From Armatimonadota bacterium (GTDB lineage: Bacteria; Armatimonadota; UBA5829; DTLH01), in the NCBI GenBank assembly GCA_039680575.1, contig JBDKSP010000088.1, positions 12,417 to 76,416 on the forward strand: 64,000 bases of DNA, read 5' to 3'. The notes beneath the pieces were generated by a model, which was given only the letters and a program-made list of their open reading frames with translations, ran no database searches and was not told the DNA's origin. The stretch's first letter is position 1. Each line of letters opens with the position of its first letter. Position numbers and translations under genes: made by a program. Below are positions 51,101 to 57,425 of this stretch, piece after piece.

Positions 51101-54100
51101 GGCGCGCATGAATATTACTTCACTACCAGTGATGGTGTGGGACTGGTAACATTACCGGAGGTGAATCAGACTACCGGAAAAATAGAGGCATACGTTGGAC
51201 CATGGGTGAATAATTCACCAGCGCTCAGCGATGGATCAGCGACACCGAACCCGGATTCCGGAAGTATAAGTACGACGCAGAGTGTAGTGTATTCGGTAAC
51301 TTACAGCGATCGCGACGGTGATTTGCCGATTACATTAGCTCCGTTCGCCAACGATCTGGGAGCGGCAGACGAAATAAAACTTATGAAGTTCCCGATGCCG
51401 CTGCTATACACGGACAACACAAATGAGACCTGGAATGTCGGAATCGTCGATGATATTATCGAAGACCCGGCTCAACCTGGTAAATACAGGTGTATTCGTG
51501 TTATGGGAAGTGACGGTCAATCAGCGAGTTATAAAGTAGACCAGTTTGCTGGAAAGCTGATACAGTTCATTGGCGGTGATCTGGACGGAAGAGTCTATCT
51601 GATTGCCAACAATACCAGCAACGTCCTCAAACTGATGACGGATGACATTATTGCTGATGGTCTTGTTAAAGGGGCTACATTCTCGATAGGTACTCTGAGG
51701 ATGTATAAAGATCCCCCGACACAGAGCAACTATCCCGCTGGTGTCGTATATAAAATTGTCATACCTCAGCTGCTTGATGGGACACACAAGTTCCACTTCA
51801 AAGCTGCATCGATAATAAGCCCACCGTCGTGGGTTGGAGAGCCTTGGAATACAACGACTGAATCAAGTATGACCAGATACCCTGGCTCTGGTGAGTTGAG
51901 TGGACCTGTGGTAGCGGCACAGGCGCCTTCGGGGAACCATGTTCCTGTATTATCACTATCTTCAGGTGATGTAGCAGTATCGCCTGCAAGTGGTAAGGAA
52001 TCAGATGCCTATGATTTCATTATCAATTATCGTGATGGAGATGGCGACCCGCCAAGATATCATGACAAAGTTATGGGAAGCGTACGCGTTGTCTTTAGTG
52101 ACGGCAGTTACGCAGCAGACCTTGTCCCGGTTGTAGTTGAAGATCAGGATGATACAACCTTCTATACAACAGACCGGAAGTTTACTACTAAGGCGAATGG
52201 ATTACCTGAAGGGAACCACAGGTTCCACTTCGAGGCATCGGATGGTTGGAACAAGGTACGTTGGCCTGTTGCATCTCAAGGAGACGATGAATCGGAGAAT
52301 GATCCGGTCGTAGTAGTGAATGCTAAAGCAAAACTGACTGATACGGCGGTAAATCCTCCAAACGGAGATACGAATACGACATTCACATTGAGCGTAATAT
52401 ATTCGGATGTGAATGGAGAAGGACCTTACATCGATTCATCTAGCGGTAATGAACAGGTATGGGTTGAGTTTGGCGGGAATAGCAGTAATAAGATATACCT
52501 GACAAGAAACTCAACGGATACCGACTATGCAAATGGCGTAACTTATAAAGGCACAAAGTCCGGATTATCCGCAGGCGCCATAAAGACTGTATTCAAGACT
52601 ACGGATAGCCTTGGTGAATTAACGACTGTAAATGGACCCACTATTGCTGTCAGCTCGAACATGAATGCTCCTGTTCTGGCTTCAGCGAAGGTGTTCAATA
52701 CTACGAAGCCTGCGGATACCAATGAGCTAGCTGCAGGTGGAACAGCAAATACATTCCGTTACGAAGTGAAGTACAGCGATCCTGATGGAGATATGCCGGT
52801 AGTTGTACAGAACGGAACAGTTGTCGAGGGCATAAAGCTATATGTCGACGGTGTATTGGAAGGGGTAATGACACAGAGAGCTGCAGATGTATATCTGCAG
52901 AACGGTAAACCTGACTACACGAAGCCTGTGACGTATTGGTATACGAAGAAGGGCGAGTCATACGATACAGCTATAAGTGCACATAGTTTCTACTTCCTTG
53001 CAAAGGATGGAAGCTCTGTAGATGCCCACGAAGTGAAGTCGTCTACTGTTACCGGACCGGTAATTCTGTCAGGCTCGATTGTTATGACCAGAGAAGTCTA
53101 CAGCTCAGGTAGTGGTACATGGGTAGATAAAGATCCCCAGCTTTCCGAGAGGGTAAAAGTAACGGGTGTTCTTAATGAGTCATCTGCAAAGCCAATATCC
53201 GGCTCACAGACTATAAAGATAACGATAACTAGACCTGATGGGACAGTATCATCGATTAATCTAACCGGAGCAGCAGCGGCTACTACAACGGTGAAGAAGA
53301 ACCAGTTCTCATTTGAAATGGAAACACCGATGATAAATAAGAACTGGGTAATCACCGCTAAATGGGATGGTAATTCAGACTATACTACGGCGGTTACTTC
53401 GGAATTGAAGATCAATGTCAGAGGACCGAGCCGTGTGGTAGCAACTACGGACATGAGTTCACCTGCTACGAGCACTCCTGTAGTAGATATGGTCTGTATG
53501 CCGCTTACAGCGATAAGCGGTGATCCCGGATCACTCTTCGGATACGATCGCACGAGATATATGCAGATCGTAAGATGGGATCCTGAGCAGAGGACATATA
53601 TGTCCTATGGCGATACATATTTCCCGCAGATTATAGCAGGGAATGCTGTATGGATCCTGCCGAAGTCGCAGTATACTGTGGAGACAATCACTGAGAATGA
53701 TCTGGTATCGCCGGTAGATTCGAGCCAGACCATTACTATCGGAAACCAGTATAGACTACTGAGACCGTTTGGACGGTTATATGATCAGGATCAGGACTGT
53801 GAGATCGTATTGAAGCAAGGTTGGAACCAGATAGGTTCGCCCTATCTGAATTCCACCCTGCTCAAGGATGCCACAGTGATATATCAGGGCAATGAGATCA
53901 CGATAGATCAGGCCGCTGCAAAAGGTTGGATAAGGAACTATGCTTGGATGTGGGATCCTGCTACACAGCTGGCAGACAAGCTGATCCATCCGACAAGGTC
54001 TGATGCATACAAGCGGACTATCGATCCGTGGAGAGGTTACTGGATAAGAGCTCTTGTAAACTGCACATTGGTATTGAAAGCGCCGTCAGATATCAGCGCA

Positions 54101-54199
54101 CAATCACTTGAAGTGCAGGAATACGGAGTCACTGCCAGAGACAGCAATGCTCAATCGCTGGATATGCCACCTGCCTCACCTGTTGGCAGTGGAAAATAG
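45173..54199 (+). CDS. Giant (~3000 aa) secreted repeat protein, probable surface adhesin/scaffold
   Basis: Uninterrupted ORF; signal peptide (VYA-N) after ATG 45173; about 9 beta-rich repeats; GWNQIGSPY..PWRGYW module; ends DMPPASPVGSGK. Confidence 0.85.
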   Translation: MIGVCKRLALVLVFIFGIMSPVYANLSGGTVGPAHPTVNSISNIRSVWEVEDQKIPDTEVWRTYELGRNRLTTASAWQVNPSYYSLQPDPDATITETYNAVDVVESVYVEVDGSGNIVLPENAVGIKGVWIDRWQRKSVWPGGAFTGNTITSAQVTLPAGIAHVFVSYYKAGTNLIHVENAPLPSEYTVYKYPVTAGLKKIVINPEILRLDPDTAGLRNGGDEWNNLLGVYDNESLKGVDYAASRNIDTASSTISFSRTVSSNVRNLYVKVSTYAIDYVSINGNQVLPTSYDPDTGEIVLPEEVTTGQAVEVSYRPLGRNVVTVAQVPITAVTSVSSENGNCTVQGFDAATGKITLQDPLEQGTRTLYCVYTATDMQNVTGEGSWSWMEGGKPFPIVRESDDQDQRYASLQPDPATGGVRVKGGHVKYGPYRLDEWVFHGVDRVDDEDAVGVTMLDGDGKTITTTGIVDAADDNWGWTGIFLLPAHEPVLIKSVIISSIIDGEFVTDNYAEFAQIMDIKTAAGDTVRGIYIDTDTADVGERAFAARISYYVSGKNMVLVPGPLPMPATVREIDLDNLFQPRSNLLRINPNLIQFDPDTENWRANALSTNLLDGYNVLGVFDNANLTGWNYWTPGSGKITIDATGAAVLQLNCVPTSSVTRLFVKVSSYAVDGVFTQSTGGANYYPGRLADALATDPGNDVMNDGHDYAWYDPNITSEKLESTGYAETRIGEIHLAKSLPASGQAVYVSWRKLSRKSVSPARPRVMAVPVFQYLGDPDMPMDEDENPPIDAIGYLSATPPVNSVRLNSSGSLPEGTQNVYYMEYHAGMCVGGTATSAVYVYGLLRFTFQPMYIVPAESSATEFVYRLAVSAGLNMSKAIQQPSYDLNDRTNNLLLMDPRAHPVDYAPLIKTEQGRIDPITREFEFYAASHPDKLGSTPTISQKGPISTTVHASTVGRGTDGTVDYGGTYRYGYGLDWLTNYNTDPDFPVSFAGGDPLTPVMPSPIVSDSIISDDGASSTTYTFRVRYWNKDNIPPRAWLKPWADESGASESTGVVLYLDLMNVLDIPAESSQSSYRPHFMTKEYTADNDYTDGCDYIYTIAPSSSNEYISLITGTYHYFFGCSDDSLKLDDMDDNVVTDDDILLFDGQLSGTSWANYDQTSRTLTRSSTGLDPFEPRSLNDNDGRPWMPRDMGRRYSAFGDDSPGRPIKDEPGPQDCQIYVDRQDRAPGQFEFLYPQQYEWKCIEHPDISITLSGYGSKAADGFPRFFGTISPFYRAVNPSEGTPWVYAGFGYMASRMESCGATTSTMLTFKVKCYQRDNTAPLWVKVFINNESMKILDYNTGQSMKPENGGYTGYTMMPAAVQTSEYQSQTAPYDYSLGVDYEFKTQLPAGPHTYFFMANDGIATALYPARPEGDKWIAGVQQNDDAGFDNNYCPGPYINNACQLLTPSVTPATGIQGQQYVYRVLYKDADGQRPYKTKIYIDTGTTSGVISVDMLKEDPSASDYKNDGVWYVLNTATMEDRTLAKGVRRYRFEFTDDWGRPDDPNDAIEGQMTNYPASGSWVDGPTIGENVPPTLRYGKIESPDGTANGATLWGFEVEYKDLNSDAPKYVTLYTGRLQDDGTTIEWDNGTQMSQADPGDSIYSDGCDFVLQKRLEQALDPTDDAPTYYYAFEASDGISLATWVGEDDPTIDKISESAGCLLKEPLTTTDYLTYSCSKTPIVGTLQNQPTDAGILIDPIVWAYMNGDTANPVILSRKDEYVCKGVNQNLTGANTVSRYYPADPPGSDLIPVEAIDPAYKPDITEVIGVYDNSSLTGTNYFLADDGTPGTYSSTSFMITLQKSLPYGQNWVWIKYNHSGNHSYTLDRWNGEFTFDEAMDSTDVLVVDYFFGTKHEIPIGINIPPTLSSPKLTPMVGGSGTDFVYSIEYKETEGTNGQAPSFVRVVIDGVEHTMSTTVSDTPSYRSSVVYKYTAKLESGAHEYYFTTSDGVGLVTLPEVNQTTGKIEAYVGPWVNNSPALSDGSATPNPDSGSISTTQSVVYSVTYSDRDGDLPITLAPFANDLGAADEIKLMKFPMPLLYTDNTNETWNVGIVDDIIEDPAQPGKYRCIRVMGSDGQSASYKVDQFAGKLIQFIGGDLDGRVYLIANNTSNVLKLMTDDIIADGLVKGATFSIGTLRMYKDPPTQSNYPAGVVYKIVIPQLLDGTHKFHFKAASIISPPSWVGEPWNTTTESSMTRYPGSGELSGPVVAAQAPSGNHVPVLSLSSGDVAVSPASGKESDAYDFIINYRDGDGDPPRYHDKVMGSVRVVFSDGSYAADLVPVVVEDQDDTTFYTTDRKFTTKANGLPEGNHRFHFEASDGWNKVRWPVASQGDDESENDPVVVVNAKAKLTDTAVNPPNGDTNTTFTLSVIYSDVNGEGPYIDSSSGNEQVWVEFGGNSSNKIYLTRNSTDTDYANGVTYKGTKSGLSAGAIKTVFKTTDSLGELTTVNGPTIAVSSNMNAPVLASAKVFNTTKPADTNELAAGGTANTFRYEVKYSDPDGDMPVVVQNGTVVEGIKLYVDGVLEGVMTQRAADVYLQNGKPDYTKPVTYWYTKKGESYDTAISAHSFYFLAKDGSSVDAHEVKSSTVTGPVILSGSIVMTREVYSSGSGTWVDKDPQLSERVKVTGVLNESSAKPISGSQTIKITITRPDGTVSSINLTGAAAATTTVKKNQFSFEMETPMINKNWVITAKWDGNSDYTTAVTSELKINVRGPSRVVATTDMSSPATSTPVVDMVCMPLTAISGDPGSLFGYDRTRYMQIVRWDPEQRTYMSYGDTYFPQIIAGNAVWILPKSQYTVETITENDLVSPVDSSQTITIGNQYRLLRPFGRLYDQDQDCEIVLKQGWNQIGSPYLNSTLLKDATVIYQGNEITIDQAAAKGWIRNYAWMWDPATQLADKLIHPTRSDAYKRTIDPWRGYWIRALVNCTLVLKAPSDISAQSLEVQEYGVTARDSNAQSLDMPPASPVGSGK

Positions 54200-54208
54200 A
54201 TAAAAAGG

Positions 54209-54234
54209 ACGGGTGTCTCTCAGGAGACACCCGT
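54209..54234 (+). terminator. Hairpin after the giant gene
   Basis: ACGGGTGTCTC-TCAG-GAGACACCCGT then TT. Confidence 0.6.
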
Positions 54235-54281
54235 TTGCACGCAGTATTATTCACCACCTGACTGGAGGAGAAGTTCAGCTT

Positions 54282-55091
54282 ATGATTAGGATCAGACAGA
54301 TGCGCTTGGTATCATATATAGCAGCATTGCTGATAGTTACGATGTATATATCTCCGGTTGCAAGTTTTGCAAAACGGGGACCCAGTAATGTTCTTCAGAA
54401 GAAAACAATACTTGTATACCCATTTGAAAATGCAGTAAAATCTTCGATTGAGACACTTTCGGATGATATAGCGAAAAGCCTGCAGTCTGCTATTAAGTCA
54501 ACTGATGGACTGAATGCAGTAGTATTCTCAGATCGGCTTCCATCCATTCAGAGATCGGTTAGAGAGCTCACATTGAAACCTGATGATGTAAAGGGACCGT
54601 TCGGGACCGACCAGGATCAGATAGCATGTGCTCTAAAAGTGTCTAAAGAAATTGCAGCAGACCTGCAGCTCATAGGATCTATAGATGCTGTTCAGGTAGA
54701 TACCGCGGCGAATAAGGCGGAAGTAACATTAAGTGCTGTATTGACGGATATTCGCACCGGTGAGACTGTCAAATCTATCGCTATTACAGGAAAAGCACCT
54801 GCAAATACATCAAAAGTAGATGCTGAGCTTGTTGCAATGGCGGCTGCCGATGCAGTTGCTCAAATGACAAAGGAGCTTGCTCCTGCAGGACAGACTATTA
54901 ACTCAGAACCGACGACGACAAAGGGGAATGAGCCGGTAGTAGTGAAGACGCGCAACAAAAAGAAGAAAAGCGCCCTTAGAAGGTTTATCATTCCGCTTGT
55001 GATCGGTGTTACGATAGCACTTGTCTCATCGAATAGTGATGATAATTCGAGCAGTGAAGATATCGATAATCCGCCGGTTGTTCCATTCTAG
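54282..55091 (+). CDS. Exported CsgG/TolB-N-like alpha/beta protein with basic-hydrophobic C-tail
   Basis: GGAGGAG RBS; signal peptide; ILVYPFEN..AD...IGSID..LTDIRTGE.VK; KKKKSALRR + hydrophobic stretch + DNPPVVPF. Confidence 0.6.
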   Translation: MIRIRQMRLVSYIAALLIVTMYISPVASFAKRGPSNVLQKKTILVYPFENAVKSSIETLSDDIAKSLQSAIKSTDGLNAVVFSDRLPSIQRSVRELTLKPDDVKGPFGTDQDQIACALKVSKEIAADLQLIGSIDAVQVDTAANKAEVTLSAVLTDIRTGETVKSIAITGKAPANTSKVDAELVAMAAADAVAQMTKELAPAGQTINSEPTTTKGNEPVVVKTRNKKKKSALRRFIIPLVIGVTIALVSSNSDDNSSSEDIDNPPVVPF

Positions 55092-55120
55092 ATCAAATAA
55101 CTAAGAAAGAGTCATCAGTT

Positions 55121-55154
55121 ACAGCGTGCCTCATATATATTTGGGACACGCTGT
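55121..55154. terminator. Imperfect hairpin between genes, followed by a TATAAT box
   Basis: ACAGCGTGCCTCA...TGGGACACGCTGT; TATAAT at 55162-55167. Confidence 0.4.
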
Positions 55155-55213
55155 ACTTATATATAATGCTCGTTTGTTTGACGGGCCTTATTCATGAGCT
55201 TAAACTATAATCG

Positions 55214-57154
55214 ATGCGAAATGTAGTATTATTGATCTCACTCACAGTACTTGTGTTTTATCCTGTGAGAGTATATTCTACCGGTTTTGCGACGAGTGTC
55301 TACCTGAGCGCTAACCCGGATGCGATAATTGCGGATGGCAAGAGCATTGCGACTATAGGCGCAGAGATCAGAGACTCAGATGGGAACCTGGTCCCGGACG
55401 GGACGCTCGTAAGTTTTTCCAGCAGCCTTGGGACTATCCAGTCTTCTGTCAGCACTACTGCTGGAGTTGCTCGTGCTCGGCTGTCAGGGGGTACTGTGAC
55501 AGGGACTGCAACAGTATCTGCATGGGTTACGCAGGGAGGAGCGGTCGGACAGGTGAAGGTTGAGCTTCTGGCTCCGGGAACCGAAATATCGCGGCAGTCT
55601 TTCGTAACCATCGCTTCAAAAAGCTACCTCGTTTACGATCCCGCAAAGATGGTCATCCAGGCTTCAGGCGGAGCGACTGTGATGCATAGAGGGCTGATGA
55701 TGAACGCCGACGAGATAGAGTTCGACCTACAAGCGGGGATTATCAAGTGCAGGCAGAGCGCTGGTGGGAAGATTATAAAGCTTTCGCGGGGAAACAAATC
55801 GCTTCAGGTCTGCGCGCTATATTATCGCGTAGAGGATATGAAGGGGAAGGCAATTATCGAGTCAGAAACCGGAAATATGGAGCGTGTATCTATTCGCGGT
55901 GCTGATATGGCAATCGAACCGGATACCGATAATCTTTCGCCTGTAATATTTAATTTTTCAGATATATCTATGAGCGATGTGCTGATGAAGGCATCAAGTA
56001 TAACCGTACGGCTCAAGGATGAGATACATTTTCGCCATGCTCAGGTCTATGTAGACGGTAAAAAGGTGCTTTCCGTGCCGCTTCACGTGCTTGAATTGGA
56101 CAGTTCGAAGTCCCAATCATCACAGTATGTGGGGTGGGGAGCTAATGGACTCAAAGTCGATGTGCCGCTTTACTATTCGCTTTCTCCGAGTTCGACCGGA
56201 GCTCTTCATGTTCGTCGCGGCCAGCAATCCGGGTGGGGATTCTATTCGGGGAACTCCGGCTGGTCGCTAGATCTCGTGCAGGACTATACTACAGACACCG
56301 GCGGCGAAGGAAATCTCGAGTTGAACGGAGTCACCAGTGGAGAATGGGGCGCAAACTGGCACTTCAACCAGCAGTATGACTCAGGAAGCCGGGTTTACAG
56401 CTACTTGTCTTTTCCAGCCCATAAGGACCTGTTTGGGATGATAAATCTATCGAAACCTTTGGGAAAATCAAGCCTGGGGCTGAACATATACGGTAATAAA
56501 TACCAGGATCAGAAGGGTAGTGTTTCGACAGACCTGTATTTACAGAGCCAACCAAAGCCGATTGCCGGTGGCGCCGCGAACTATGTGCTGCTTGGACGGA
56601 CATCCTATGCGACAGGTAATGATTCAAGCAATGATGGCGTCGGCGCTGGAGCACAGATGCAGGTTTACGGTAAGCCGGTCACGTTCAGTAAACGGGCTGG
56701 GCTCACAAATACGCTTACAATCGGGCAGGACTGGGGAGGTGAACGCTCCGGGTTTTCGCTTCTCGGCAACTCGTCTTTTAATTACAGGATTGGAAAGACC
56801 AGCAGCTTCGGGCTGGTATACTCATATACCCGTGATCCCAGCTACAGTGATCTATCCGGCCGCCACCGATTGAGCGCAAACATAATGTATATGCCTTCGA
56901 CGCTCTGGCAAGCGCGGATATACAGCACACAGATGATCGATACCCCGCAATCCAGCACATTCGCGGATGTTTCATACCGGCTTTTTCCTACATGGAGGAT
57001 TAATCTGCTCCAGACTTTCCAGTCATACGATAAATATGACTATTCGGACACCGAAATCGCACTTTGTAAAGAGATTCAGGACCATGAAATGATGCTTATC
57101 TGGTCTAAATCGAGGAATCGGTTCAGAGTAGAGTTTAACGTAGGTCAGTTCTAG
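55214..57154 (+). CDS. Outer-membrane protein: invasin-type Ig domain + OstA/LptD-like region + beta-barrel
   Basis: A.P..I.ADGKS..I.A.IRD..G..VPDGT.V.F (Ig); ASGG..V.H....ADEIEFD (OstA-like); amphipathic strands; terminal Phe (RVEFNVGQF). Confidence 0.65.
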   Translation: MRNVVLLISLTVLVFYPVRVYSTGFATSVYLSANPDAIIADGKSIATIGAEIRDSDGNLVPDGTLVSFSSSLGTIQSSVSTTAGVARARLSGGTVTGTATVSAWVTQGGAVGQVKVELLAPGTEISRQSFVTIASKSYLVYDPAKMVIQASGGATVMHRGLMMNADEIEFDLQAGIIKCRQSAGGKIIKLSRGNKSLQVCALYYRVEDMKGKAIIESETGNMERVSIRGADMAIEPDTDNLSPVIFNFSDISMSDVLMKASSITVRLKDEIHFRHAQVYVDGKKVLSVPLHVLELDSSKSQSSQYVGWGANGLKVDVPLYYSLSPSSTGALHVRRGQQSGWGFYSGNSGWSLDLVQDYTTDTGGEGNLELNGVTSGEWGANWHFNQQYDSGSRVYSYLSFPAHKDLFGMINLSKPLGKSSLGLNIYGNKYQDQKGSVSTDLYLQSQPKPIAGGAANYVLLGRTSYATGNDSSNDGVGAGAQMQVYGKPVTFSKRAGLTNTLTIGQDWGGERSGFSLLGNSSFNYRIGKTSSFGLVYSYTRDPSYSDLSGRHRLSANIMYMPSTLWQARIYSTQMIDTPQSSTFADVSYRLFPTWRINLLQTFQSYDKYDYSDTEIALCKEIQDHEMMLIWSKSRNRFRVEFNVGQF

Positions 57155-57250
57155 TTGAGCTGTCAGCTATCAGCTTTGTATGCTTCGAGACCGTAGTTCA
57201 TCCTACTCCGTGGACCCACGGGGAGAAGCACGAGTATCTACTAAGTTTAT

Positions 57251-57309
57251 GCTGCGGGAATGGCAGGTCTGTATAATCTATTGATTTACACAGATTTAAT
57301 TCCCGCAGC
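57251..57309. repeat. 59-bp TIR element, copy B
   Basis: GCTGCGGGAA...TTCCCGCAGC. Confidence 0.8.
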
Positions 57310-57326
57310 GGTAACATGTCGCAATA

Positions 57327-57387
57327 GCTGCGGGAACTGAATTAGGAGCAATAAGAAGGATACTCGTATAATTTCCGTTCCCGCAGC
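57327..57387. repeat. 61-bp TIR element, copy C
   Basis: GCTGCGGGAA...TTCCCGCAGC. Confidence 0.8.
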
Positions 57388-57425
57388 ATATATTTCCACT
57401 GATTTCTTCTGTTCTCTGTTTCCTC

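Noticed and set aside
45173..54199. Giant protein as part of a prophage or contractile injection system, or an RTX/RHS toxin
   Set aside because: It has a Sec signal peptide. No sheath, tube or capsid neighbours, and no GGxGxD or YD repeats.
57251..57387. CRISPR array or integron attC interpretation of the GCTGCGGGAA repeats
   Set aside because: The repeats are inverted pairs, not direct repeats with unique spacers. There are no RYYYAAC/GTTRRRY cores, cas genes or integrase.
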